This document shows positions 39,588-49,278 of a DNA stretch of 64,000 nt, in pieces. Made by a program: the position numbers and the translations under genes. Numbering within the stretch: the stretch's first letter is position 1; the number at the start of each line of letters is the position of its first letter. Source of the DNA: Gemmatimonadota bacterium (lineage in GTDB: Bacteria > Gemmatimonadota > Gemmatimonadetes > Longimicrobiales > Gaopeijiaceae); NCBI GenBank assembly GCA_034521595.1, contig JAXHMG010000003.1, forward strand, positions 1,280,001 to 1,344,000, in the 5' to 3' direction. The notes beneath the pieces were generated by a model that worked only from the letters and a program-made list of their open reading frames with translations, did not search any database and had not been told where the DNA came from.

Positions 39588-41498
39588 TCAGCGGTTGAGC
39601 TCGGCGGGCAGGCCGACGTAGTGAACGTTCGGGCCGAGTCCCAGATCGCGCCGCAGCACCTGCGTCGAGCGGTCGCGGAGGTACTGCGATACGGGGCTCT
39701 CGTCATCGTTCAGGTCCCCGAAGATGCGGCACTGCGAGGGGCAGACGTCCACGCAGGCGGGATTCAACCCCTCGTCGATCCGGTGGGCGCAGAAGTTGCA
39801 CTTGTCCGCTGTTCCCCGGGCCGGATTCATGAAGGTGATGCCGTACGGGCAAGCCTGATTGCAGGCCCGGCATCCGATGCAGATATCCGGTTCCAGATCG
39901 ATGATTCCGTCGCCCCGGCGGAAGATGGCTCCGGTGGGGCATGCTCGCAGGCACCCGGGATCGTCACACTGATTGCACAGCTTTGGAAGGAAGTAGGGAC
40001 GTGCATCGGGAAACTCTCCCAGGAGATGCTCCTCGACCCAGTCACGGAACACGCCGAGCGGTACGTCGTTCTCGGCCTTGCAGGCCACGGTGCAGGCATG
40101 GCATCCGATGCATTTCTCGAGATCGATGACCATGCCCAGGCGTCTGGCCTTTGGAGCCGCCGCCGGGCCCCCGGGAGTCTGCGCCGGGGCTCCACCCGCG
40201 GCCAGGGTAGCGAGGGCACTCAGCGCGGTGCCGATGCCCTGCAAAAACGAACGCCGGCCTACGCCGGGCTCGGCGGGGGTGGTTTGTGCGGGTTGCGAGG
40301 AACAGCATGTCTCCGAGGAACAGCCGCACCCTGATTCCGCGGGCCTCGCCACCTGTGGAGCGCTCACGGGCTCGGGCTCTACCACGCCGATGGTACGGCA
40401 GGCCGGGCAACGGTCGATCTGTGCGACTTCGGCCGGGAGATCGCTACGTCCGTCGAGGAGGTTGCGCACCGACCGCAGAAGCCGTTCGGGAAGGTGTGGC
40501 GCCCCGCAGCTCACGCACGCTGCCACCGTGTCTTCCACCAGCGTCTGCGGGGCCAGGAGATCGACGCCGACCGGGAGGCCCGGGGTCAGGGTCAGGACCT
40601 GCTCCGGGCATGCCGCCTCGCATAACCCGCACCCCACGCAAGCGATGGGCTCGAAGGTGAGGCTTCCCTGAGCGGGGTGGAAGGACAGGGCATCGGTCGG
40701 GCAACTCCGGGAGCACGCACCACAGAGGGTGCACCCGTCGGCCTGGATGCTTACCCGCCCGAACGCGGCCTCGGGCACAGGAGCTGAAGGGACAGTCGAT
40801 CCCTGGACGAGCGCCGCGAGCTGCTCCCTTCGCCGGCCTCGGGGAGCGAGGGCTGGCTCGGGTGGAGGGTTCCGTATGGGCAGGGAGTCGGCGAACGCCG
40901 TAAGCTCTATCGCGATCTGCGCGGCGGCCCGGGCCTCCACATAACGGGTGGGCGGTCCTCCGAGGGCCTCGGAGAGGCCGAGGGCATCCTCGATCAGAGC
41001 GGGGGATCCGTGGTGACTGAGGGGCCCACCCACCACGGCGATGCCTGCCACACCCAGGCGCGCCGCATGGAGAAAATGGTTCTCGTTCAGGATGAGGAGG
41101 CTGGGGATGGTCACCCGTGCCACGGGCCCGGACGGCGGGACAAAAGCGCCCAGGGCGGCATCGTGCTCTGTCCCCGCCAGGACCAACAGCGGAGCCGTCG
41201 GGGCCTCGGTGACAGCCTCTTCGAGGAGGCCTATGAGCTCGTCGTCGGGGAGGAAAGCTCGTTCCAGGGCACCGGTGGGGCAGACCCCCGTGCAGGCGCC
41301 GCACCTCTGGCAGAGTCCGCCATCGATGTGGATCACCGTGCCTTCCGGGGTCGCCAACGGCCGCATGGCGAGGTAGGGACAGCTCTCCACGCAGCGGCGG
41401 CATCCGGTCTCCCCATCCTCGCCCGCGGCACAGATGGAGGCGTGGTACTGTGGCGGCGGGAGCGTGAGGAGGGAGCCGGAAAAAGAAGCGGTCGACAT
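39588..41498 (-). CDS. Polyferredoxin fused to a TtrB/NrfC/DmsB-type 4x[4Fe-4S] subunit
   Basis: Four N-terminal CxxCxxxCP-type motifs, an internal GRRSFL, then CIGCHACTVAC, CNQC..PGC..ACP, CIGCRACNQACP, KCNFC...PACVDVCP. Confidence 0.87.
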   Translation of the reverse strand: MSTASFSGSLLTLPPPQYHASICAAGEDGETGCRRCVESCPYLAMRPLATPEGTVIHIDGGLCQRCGACTGVCPTGALERAFLPDDELIGLLEEAVTEAPTAPLLVLAGTEHDAALGAFVPPSGPVARVTIPSLLILNENHFLHAARLGVAGIAVVGGPLSHHGSPALIEDALGLSEALGGPPTRYVEARAAAQIAIELTAFADSLPIRNPPPEPALAPRGRRREQLAALVQGSTVPSAPVPEAAFGRVSIQADGCTLCGACSRSCPTDALSFHPAQGSLTFEPIACVGCGLCEAACPEQVLTLTPGLPVGVDLLAPQTLVEDTVAACVSCGAPHLPERLLRSVRNLLDGRSDLPAEVAQIDRCPACRTIGVVEPEPVSAPQVARPAESGCGCSSETCCSSQPAQTTPAEPGVGRRSFLQGIGTALSALATLAAGGAPAQTPGGPAAAPKARRLGMVIDLEKCIGCHACTVACKAENDVPLGVFRDWVEEHLLGEFPDARPYFLPKLCNQCDDPGCLRACPTGAIFRRGDGIIDLEPDICIGCRACNQACPYGITFMNPARGTADKCNFCAHRIDEGLNPACVDVCPSQCRIFGDLNDDESPVSQYLRDRSTQVLRRDLGLGPNVHYVGLPAELNR

Positions 41499-42109
41499 AA
41501 TGACCTATAAGGGTGTTGAAGAAGTGGGGCGGGCCGGCCCCGTGCTGCGCACGGGTGCCCCGGGAGCGCCACAGCCCCAGATGCTAGGCGGCACGACGAA
41601 GGCATAGCCATGAGCTACGTCTAGGAGTGCCAACGACGGGGGGCACCCGCGCCGTAAGGCGTGGGTCGGGCTGGGCCCCGGGACCGCCGCCGGGCGCGGC
41701 AGCGGCAGCGTCATAGCTCCTCCCCGATATTACAACATCGCATTCGTCACTCTTCCTCGTGCGATATTCGCAAGACCCTCGTTCGAGCCCCACCCCACTT
41801 CTTGAACACCCTTCTGATAGAGGCAGGAACGATGCGAGCGTGGACCGGGCGCGAAGAAGTTCCACTGCCTCAGCTTGACATGGATCTTCGCGTTTGCCAA
41901 CACCGAGCCGCCTTGCCGTCCGAGGCCGGGGCCGGGGCCGGGGGTCTGGGTGAACGTCCTGGCCGCGTCCCGTGTTGACAATCTCGCGGCTACACTATAT
42001 CGCCATTCGCCGATGAGCGAAATCAATCTCGATACCTGCTGCGGAACGCCCGACTCTGACGTCGAACTCGAACGGATAGAAAGTTCAGGTTCCTCGGATG
42101 TTTGCGTCC

Positions 42110-42725
42110 CTGAGCCTCATCCGACGAGTTCGAGGCGAGTTTGGTTGAGAGCATAGCTGCGGAGCTTGAAGAAGACCTGGTCTCGGTAGCCGTAGGACCG
42201 GCGTTTGAGGAGCTGGATCTTGGTGTTGATGCCTTCGAGCTCGCTCGATCCAGCCTATGAGGAACCGCCGGGCCGTGTCCTTGTTCGGCTACGTCCAGAG
42301 CTCACGGAGTTCTTCCTCGAGGTAGTAGGCGGCAGCGAGCGGGGCATTGAGCGCCAGAGCCGCCTGGAGTCGGTCGCCCTTCGTCGCGGTCCTCATCCAA
42401 CCGCTCGGGGTTCTTGAGCATCAGCCACCGGGTGCCTTTGAGGACCGCTTGGGCCTCGGCTTCGGCTTAACGCTGCAGTGCCCTACGCAGATCAGAGAAC
42501 TTGTCGTTCATGAGCTTGACGAGGTGGAAGCGGTCGAAGACCACGGCGCCGCACTCGAGGTCGAGCACGATCGTCAGATCGCGGTGGCCTCCCTCGATAC
42601 TGATCTCATCGATGGCGATCCGCTTCAGGTCCCGGAGCCGGGGTCGACCGAAGCGTCGCTGCAGTGCGGTCTTCACGATCTCCTTGACCAACCCCCAGCT
42701 CACGCCCAGATGCCGCGCTCTACGA
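42110..42725 (-). mobile_element. ISL3-family transposase remnant
   Basis: IAIDEISI, VVFDRFHLVKL, KGTRWL.LKN, EGINTKIQLLKRRSYGYRD..FFKL, with an internal stop and deletions. Confidence 0.85.
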
Positions 42726-43478
42726 GAGTGTCCAATTCTCAACCGTTGCTTTTGTCCAAGATCAAACCGGTGGTGACAAAGGATATGGGGTGTGGCAGTA
42801 AACGCTCGATGTAAGCGTCCGGGATGCTATCGTTCATTACGCGTGTTTTGCCGTCGCATCAGCGATGCTGTCAGGATCAGCCACAGGCCCTTCGACGTAC
42901 CGGCGTAAAGCGGGCCAAAGCACCTGACGCAGCAACTCAGTCGTGCCCCTCCCCCCGCCCGAACCTCCCCGACGACCAGGCCGATGGGCTAGCCCGCAGC
43001 CACCGGGCGTTCCTACCTCTCCCGCGCCCTGCGCAACTCCTCCGCGAGTCGGATGAGATCGGTCGCGCGCTTCTGCGTCAGCTTGGCGAGCGCCTTCTCC
43101 CAACCCTCCGGCGGTGCGCGATAGGACGCGGACTCAGGGTCCAGGCGGGCGCGCCGGAGGGACTGGCTGCGGAACCCCCGCCGCCTTCGCAATGTCGGCG
43201 AGCGCGACGCGGGCGCCGGTCGCCCGGTCGGTGGCCTTCTTGAAATCCAAAGACTACGCTCCTGGTGCCTGAAGTGCGGATGGCCACGACAGTGTAGCCA
43301 ATGAGGGCCACGATGGCGAGGATACGGGTGGCGCATCCAGGGCCTCTCCTCCGGGTTGCGCTCCGGAGCATGAAGCTTCACGGGTGCCCATGTTGGAGCG
43401 TCCGATCCGGGCGCGGGACAACGCGGCCCGGCGGCGTGGCATGCTTCTCGATCCGCGAAGCCCCATGACTTCCTTCCC

Positions 43479-44135
43479 TCACCTCGGCTCGATGAGACCC
43501 GCATCGTCGTCGTCCGGGCGGTTCACCCGCGGGCTCACCTCACGCACCTCGAACGAGCCGTCCGCGGCGGGGACGAGGAGGTCGCCAAGTCGGCCGGTCG
43601 GGGTCGACCGGTCGAGCCACCGGTCGCGGTCCCCGGGCGCCACCACCACGGGCATGCGATCGTGGATCGGGGCCACCTCGGCGTTGGCGTCGGTGGTCAG
43701 GATGGCGAAGGTGTGCCGGGGCTCGGCTCCGGGCCTCTGCCATGACTCCCAGATGCCCGCGAACGAGACGAGCCCTCCCGCAGCCGGGTGGATCCAGTGC
43801 GGAATCTTCCTCCCGTCCCGTGCCTTCCACTCGTAGAAGCCGTTGGCCGGAACGAGGCATCGACGGCGGGCGAACGCCTCGCGGAACGAGCGCTTCCGGG
43901 CGACGGACTCGGCGCGCGCGTTGATGAAGGCCCCGGTCGGCTCGTCCTTCCAAGCGGGCAGGAACCCCCACTCGAGCAGCCCCATCCGGCGGCCCCGGTC
44001 GTCTTCGGCGACCACGGGCGCGAGCTGGCCGGGGGCGATGTTGTAGCGAGGGTGGTGCTCGAAGGTGAGACCCGGGAGGTCGAACACCTCGACGAGGTCT
44101 TCCTCCGACACCGCTAGCGCGTACCGGCCGCACAT
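43479..44135 (-). CDS. SOS response-associated peptidase (SRAP/HMCES/YedK family)
   Basis: MCGRY, RYNIAP, NARAE, RCLVPANGFYEW, IHDRMPV. Confidence 0.93.
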   Translation of the reverse strand: MCGRYALAVSEEDLVEVFDLPGLTFEHHPRYNIAPGQLAPVVAEDDRGRRMGLLEWGFLPAWKDEPTGAFINARAESVARKRSFREAFARRRCLVPANGFYEWKARDGRKIPHWIHPAAGGLVSFAGIWESWQRPGAEPRHTFAILTTDANAEVAPIHDRMPVVVAPGDRDRWLDRSTPTGRLGDLLVPAADGSFEVREVSPRVNRPDDDDAGLIEPR

Positions 44136-44152
44136 CGGCGATCAGCTCCCGG

Positions 44153-45562
44153 TCAGTGGCCCGCCCCGTCCGTGGCCTGCTCCCCCACCTGCAGGGCGAT
44201 GTAGGAGAAGTTGAAGCACATCTCGTCGTACGATCCGTAGCCACCGTAGACGACCTCGTCGGTGGGGTTCTCATAGGTGCACCGGACCCGGAGCTCGGCG
44301 CCGTCCATCTTCTCCCGGGAGAAGACCTTGGGCTCGACGAAGGTGAAGTCGCGCTGCCAGTGCAGGTCCCACTCGGGCACGGACAGAAGGGTCTGGTAGC
44401 GCCCGTCGGCGTCGGTGAGGCTGATGACGCCCGAGTGACCGAAGGCGTGCATGTGCAAGTTGGCGGAGTGGATCTCGAAGCCCTCGATCCGGGCCTCATC
44501 CACGTCGGTGATGCGCGACGCGTAGCCGACGAGGGAGGACAGCTCGTCGCTGACCTCGTATGTGGCCTGCTCCTCCGGCGGAATCACCATCGTCCCGTTG
44601 CGCCCGCTGTTCAACCACGGCCCGTGTGTCTGGGGAAGGTGGAAAGCGGGCTTCTCCACCTCGGCCTCGAACTGGAAGTCGAGGCGGGTGTCGCGGTCCG
44701 CCTCGCCGGGCGCTTCGACGCTGTAGTAGTGCATCTGCACGACCAGGGCCGCGCCGGGCTCCATCCTGATCCCCGTGCCCTCGGGGAAGGTGTGGCCGTC
44801 CATGCCCGGCGCCCAGTGAGCGAGCCACCAGGACGCCCGGCTCAGCTCACGGACCCCGTCGGGATACCGGGCCTCGTACGCCTCCCGTTCGGCCCGTTCA
44901 CTCAGCCGGTCGGGGAGAGCGCCGCCGAAGCACTGATAGCCTTGGCCCTCCTCCTCGTCCTCGAGCTCCCGGAAGCGCTCGACCATCTCGGGGTCCACCG
45001 CGTACACCACCGTGTGATGGGCCACGTTCTCGTTGCCGGGCACGGTTCGGAATCCCGTCACGTATCCCCGATCCTCGGCGGTCCACTCGGTGACGAAGCA
45101 GCGGTAGTCGTCGTCCATCGACTGATCGGGCAGGTACGGCGTGTCGCCGAGCACGTCCGTCGACAGGTCCGCGCGGAACGTCGGCGGAGCGTTGGCGGGC
45201 TCGACCTCCGGATCCGGCCGCGGCTCGCCCTTCGGATATCCGGCGTCGCGCCACGCCGCAACCATGCCGACGACCTCTTCGTCCAGCGACATGTCGCCGA
45301 CGTACTCCTGATGGCCCGGCTCCGCGAGCCATGGGGGCATCTGCCGGACGGTCACCGCCCCGGCGATGCGGCGCCGCTCCTCGAAGGTCTCCTCGGGATC
45401 CTCCATCGACCAGGCGATACCGTCCTCGGAATGGCATCCCATGCACTCCTTCGCCAGAACGGGACGGACGTCGGCGTAGTACTCCTGAGCCTCGACCGCT
45501 GCGGGAGCCAGGAGGACGGCGGCGAGGAGGGCGGCGACCGGTGGGGCGGGCGGATAACGCAT
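44153..45562 (-). CDS. Secreted copper type II monooxygenase-like (PHM/DBH-like) protein with an N-terminal c-type heme motif
   Basis: Signal peptide, CMGCH, and Cu-ligand motifs AHHT, MHY, HMH and DEMC. Confidence 0.82.
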   Translation of the reverse strand: MRYPPAPPVAALLAAVLLAPAAVEAQEYYADVRPVLAKECMGCHSEDGIAWSMEDPEETFEERRRIAGAVTVRQMPPWLAEPGHQEYVGDMSLDEEVVGMVAAWRDAGYPKGEPRPDPEVEPANAPPTFRADLSTDVLGDTPYLPDQSMDDDYRCFVTEWTAEDRGYVTGFRTVPGNENVAHHTVVYAVDPEMVERFRELEDEEEGQGYQCFGGALPDRLSERAEREAYEARYPDGVRELSRASWWLAHWAPGMDGHTFPEGTGIRMEPGAALVVQMHYYSVEAPGEADRDTRLDFQFEAEVEKPAFHLPQTHGPWLNSGRNGTMVIPPEEQATYEVSDELSSLVGYASRITDVDEARIEGFEIHSANLHMHAFGHSGVISLTDADGRYQTLLSVPEWDLHWQRDFTFVEPKVFSREKMDGAELRVRCTYENPTDEVVYGGYGSYDEMCFNFSYIALQVGEQATDGAGH

Positions 45563-45665
45563 CTCGGTACTCCCTTCGGCGTGGCACAGCCGGGTCCGCA
45601 CGCAAACCCGGACCTGCAAACTACGGTCCGCGAGCGATGTCGGCACGCATGGCGTGTCACCGCCG

Positions 45666-46706
45666 TCACCGGCCCCTCGAATCCCCCACCGCCCGGAAGT
45701 AACCCCGGAGATTGGACGGCCGATACGACGGATCCTCGTCCCACCGTCGTATGGCCGAAGGATGCAGCGTCTGCGATCGGTCGGGGCGAATGGGACGCTC
45801 GTGGCGGGGCGCCAGCCGGTACCACCCTACCCTGGAATTGTGGGCCTGCGCTGTCGGCTCTCCCTCCAACGGCCGCGCCGCGACGACGTCCGAGTCGAAG
45901 TGGAGACCCGCCAGCTCCGCGTTGTCCATCATCCACTGGAGCGTGATGTCCGACAAGCCGTCGTCCAGGTATCCGCCCCCGACGTCGCTGTGCACGCCGG
46001 GGAACCAGGTCTGGGACACGAGCTGGCCGGGCTTCGGCTTCTCGATCCAGAGCGTCGGCTCGAACGGGCCACGGCGCTCGTCGATGGCGAGTGCGTGGAA
46101 GGCGTACTCCACGGTGCCACTGAGCTCGCAATCGTGGAAATCCCGATTCCTCCGCGTGAGCGCGCGGAGACCGGTGAGGGGGATGCCCAGCGCCCCCACG
46201 GTGTCCCAGACGCCGATGCAGCGGATCGGGATCGACTCGGAGCCGCAGCACGAGTAGCTCGCACGGAAGCTGGTGGGCTGGTCGTCGTCCGGGTGGGTGC
46301 CGGAATCCTGGTACAGCTCGAGGGCGTCGACGTACATGCCGACGTGCTTGCGGTCGAGAATCCCGCACTTCCGGATCATTCCGCCCAAGCTCCGAGCGGT
46401 GTAGGCCCCCCTGCTGAACCCGAAGAGGTAGATCTCGTCGCCCGGCTCGTAGTTCGCGAGGAGGAAGCGATAGGCGTCGAAGATGTTGTCGCTCAGCCCC
46501 CCACCGAACGCCCCGCCGGTGAAGCGATCCAGCACGTTACCGGTGCCGACGCCCTGATCGTAGAAGACGATCTGCGCCACTCCGTCCGGGTCACGCTTGG
46601 CGACGCGGTACGCCAGCTTGACCACGTTCGTCGGGCAGAGTGTTCCGTCCTTCTGCTGGTCCGCCCGGTTCCAGGTCCCGTCGCAGCAGATGACGAGGCG
46701 TTTCAT
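45666..46706 (-). CDS. DUF2235 alpha/beta-hydrolase (Tle1-like phospholipase fold)
   Basis: CCDGTWN, GVGT, FGFSRGAYTAR, GVWDTV, HALAIDERR, WFPGVHSDVGGG. Confidence 0.9.
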   Translation of the reverse strand: MKRLVICCDGTWNRADQQKDGTLCPTNVVKLAYRVAKRDPDGVAQIVFYDQGVGTGNVLDRFTGGAFGGGLSDNIFDAYRFLLANYEPGDEIYLFGFSRGAYTARSLGGMIRKCGILDRKHVGMYVDALELYQDSGTHPDDDQPTSFRASYSCCGSESIPIRCIGVWDTVGALGIPLTGLRALTRRNRDFHDCELSGTVEYAFHALAIDERRGPFEPTLWIEKPKPGQLVSQTWFPGVHSDVGGGYLDDGLSDITLQWMMDNAELAGLHFDSDVVAARPLEGEPTAQAHNSRVGWYRLAPRHERPIRPDRSQTLHPSAIRRWDEDPSYRPSNLRGYFRAVGDSRGR

Positions 46707-47049
46707 GTCACGATCAGAATATCTTCATCCATGCCTCCACTATATCCGGATTACGATTGGTTGGACACGAGGTGGTGGACTGGTCCCGGGTACAGGCCGG
46801 GTACAGCGCCATCGGCGTAGTTTCGATGGCCGAGGCGCACCTTGCCCGCGCGTTCACCGCTGGGCATGTTCACGGGAACACCGGCTCGCCCTCCTTCGTC
46901 TCCGAAGCAGGTGGCCGCGTAGGAGAGAGCCCTCTCCAGCCGGTGCGCACTTCAGCTTGATTCTGCATGAGCGCCCCCTTCTCGATCCACCTCGTCGGGT
47001 CTGTGTCGGTGCGGCTTCCGCCCTGCTATCTCGTGAACAGGAGGCTCCT

Positions 47050-49278
47050 GTGCGTGTGACCGTCCGTATCGACGACGTCGTCGGCCGAAGCTCCTCGCGG
47101 GACGGCAGACCCTGGCTCTGGCCCGTCTTCTTCGCCGTGGACGACACCGCGTTGGCCGGCCTCCTGTCGGGGCGTCCCGAGGAAGAGGGCGTGCTGCATG
47201 CCCATCCCCCGGTCACGGTCGCGGCACGGTCGCCGAATCGGGGCGCTCGGCGTTCGACCCCGCCTCTGGCCCTCTGGTCGTTCGACCTCCGGACCGAAGT
47301 CCTGCGAAGCGAGACCGCCCTCGTGGGCGTGGCCGCGGTCCTGGAGCGAGGAGATCGGCCGTCCGAGGAGGCTCGCGACGCCGTGGACGAGCTGGTCGCG
47401 GGCCTCCGCCTGACCCTCGCCCGACACCTCGGCGGATCGCTGGGGCTGGGGAGCCTGCTGTCCGCGTTCGCGGGCGGTGGGATGGGAATGGACCCGTCGG
47501 CCGGGCTCGATCCGCCGGAAGGTGCCCTCTCCCTGGAAGATCTGGAACGGGGATCCGTCCCGACCCCCGAGTCCGGCCCCCTCGACCGGTTGGCTCAGGG
47601 GCCGGTGCTCGCGACCCTCCGCGGGCAGACCGCGGACATGGACCGCGAGCGCGCGCTGGGATTCTCGATCCTGTCGGGGCTGGTCGCCGATCCGGACTAC
47701 GAGGCCGAAAGGGCCTACGTCCGCCCGCCCCTGGTCTCCGGCTACCGACCGAACGAGCTCGGAGCGATCCCCGAGGACGGCGGCGGCGCACCACCGGACG
47801 ATCCGGGGTTCGGACGCGGGCCGCGTACGGGCGACCGCCCCGGAAGAACCCGCGGGGGACGCGGGACCCCGATCCGGCCCGACCTCGGACGCATCGTCGG
47901 CCGAATGCCTCCGGGGCTCCGGCGGAACGAGCGGCTCGGAATACGCGTTCCGCCCCGCATCGGCCGGCCGGTGCCTCTCCCGGACCCTTCGCCCACACCC
48001 GACCTGCCGCGACGCTTTCACGGCCTCCGGCTCGACCAGCCCGTGACCCTGCCCGAGCTGACCCGGGAAGGCGGCGCGGTCATCGGCTCCGGGTTCGCGT
48101 TCTGGACCCCAGCGGAGCTCGCCGAACCGGAGGCTCGAGGGTTCCGCACGCGCCTCCACGGCGAACGTGGCGCTCGGGTGTCGTTCGTCATGCGGGGAAC
48201 GGTGAGGGTCACCCCACGAGCGGAGGGCCGACCGACGGGTTGGAGCCGGGGGCGGCGGGGTGGCTCCCATCTGGTCGTCCCTTCGGAGGACGGCTCGATC
48301 TCGGTGTACCTGCGCGGGGCGGGCGCGGCCGAGCACGAAACCCTCTCCCTCGAGCCGGATGCGTTCCCGGTCGGTCGCATCTCGGGGGGCGCCCTCGGAA
48401 AACAGCACCTCATCGCTTGGCGCGACGCGGCGGGACGCATTCGGTCCGCCGAGCGGACCGGGGGTGGGTCCTGGGTACCGGCGACGGTCGTGGATCAGGA
48501 CGGCGCGGTCGGAGCGCCGACCCTCCTGGCCGACGCGGCCCGGAAGCGGTGGGCCTTGGCCTACGGCGCCGAAGGCGGGGGCGTCCACGTCGCGGTCTCC
48601 AGGGGACGACGGTGGAAGCGGATGGAGGTCGGCGAAGCGGGCCGCGAAGTCGAGCAGGTCGCCCTGGCAGCTCTTCCCGCGGGCGAGCGCGACAACGAGG
48701 GGCTGTTGTGGGCCGCCTGGGCCGGCGCGGACGGCACGCCCATGATGGCCAGCGAAACCCGTTCCGGGTCCTGGAAGGTGTCCGGGATCCGCGCGGCGGG
48801 AAGCTTGCCGCCGGTCGCCGGCGGGCCCCTCGCGCTCGCCGACCCCACCGGTCGCCTGCCGGCTCTGGCCTACCGGGCCCCCGACGGTCTGGTGCTCCTC
48901 CTTCCGTCCCGCGGACGATGGCGGGTGGAGCGCCCGAAGCTGCCGACGCTGCCTCGACCGGTCGGCGACATCGACGGCGTGACGATACCCGCCTGGAAGT
49001 CCGTCGCCCTGGGGTTCCGATCGGCGGACGGTGGCATTCACCTCGTCCTCCGGGACGGCGACGGCACCTGGCGACATGAGCCCCTCCGCAAGATTCCCGC
49101 CACGCCCGGAGGCGGCTCCGATCCCTGCCTCTGGGTAGCCGGGCGGAACCTCCATGTGGGCTGGCTCGACGAGCGCGGCCACGTATGGGAGGCGAGCCGC
49201 GCAGAAGACGGGACCTGGCGCTCGGCCGACATCGACGCGCTGTCGGACGCCTCCGAATCCGCCCGGGGCCGGTCATGA
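47050..49278 (+). CDS. Hypothetical protein (742 aa) with a C-terminal lectin-like beta-propeller; operon gene 1
   Basis: GTG after CAGGAGG. About six Trp-ended blade repeats. ATGA overlap with the next gene. Confidence 0.72.
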   Translation: MRVTVRIDDVVGRSSSRDGRPWLWPVFFAVDDTALAGLLSGRPEEEGVLHAHPPVTVAARSPNRGARRSTPPLALWSFDLRTEVLRSETALVGVAAVLERGDRPSEEARDAVDELVAGLRLTLARHLGGSLGLGSLLSAFAGGGMGMDPSAGLDPPEGALSLEDLERGSVPTPESGPLDRLAQGPVLATLRGQTADMDRERALGFSILSGLVADPDYEAERAYVRPPLVSGYRPNELGAIPEDGGGAPPDDPGFGRGPRTGDRPGRTRGGRGTPIRPDLGRIVGRMPPGLRRNERLGIRVPPRIGRPVPLPDPSPTPDLPRRFHGLRLDQPVTLPELTREGGAVIGSGFAFWTPAELAEPEARGFRTRLHGERGARVSFVMRGTVRVTPRAEGRPTGWSRGRRGGSHLVVPSEDGSISVYLRGAGAAEHETLSLEPDAFPVGRISGGALGKQHLIAWRDAAGRIRSAERTGGGSWVPATVVDQDGAVGAPTLLADAARKRWALAYGAEGGGVHVAVSRGRRWKRMEVGEAGREVEQVALAALPAGERDNEGLLWAAWAGADGTPMMASETRSGSWKVSGIRAAGSLPPVAGGPLALADPTGRLPALAYRAPDGLVLLLPSRGRWRVERPKLPTLPRPVGDIDGVTIPAWKSVALGFRSADGGIHLVLRDGDGTWRHEPLRKIPATPGGGSDPCLWVAGRNLHVGWLDERGHVWEASRAEDGTWRSADIDALSDASESARGRS

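Noticed and set aside
41500-42050. FNR or sigma54 sites and small ORFs upstream of the reductase genes
   Set aside because: Only partial matches, or matches in the wrong orientation.
21485-45562. NHL (PAL-like) propeller plus PHM-like monooxygenase as a bacterial peptide amidation pair
   Set aside because: The genes are more than 21 kb apart, NHL proteins are common, and there is no linkage evidence.
46597-47049. N-terminal extension of the 893-aa ORF
   Set aside because: It overlaps the divergent DUF2235 gene. The GTG at 47050 has a strong RBS.
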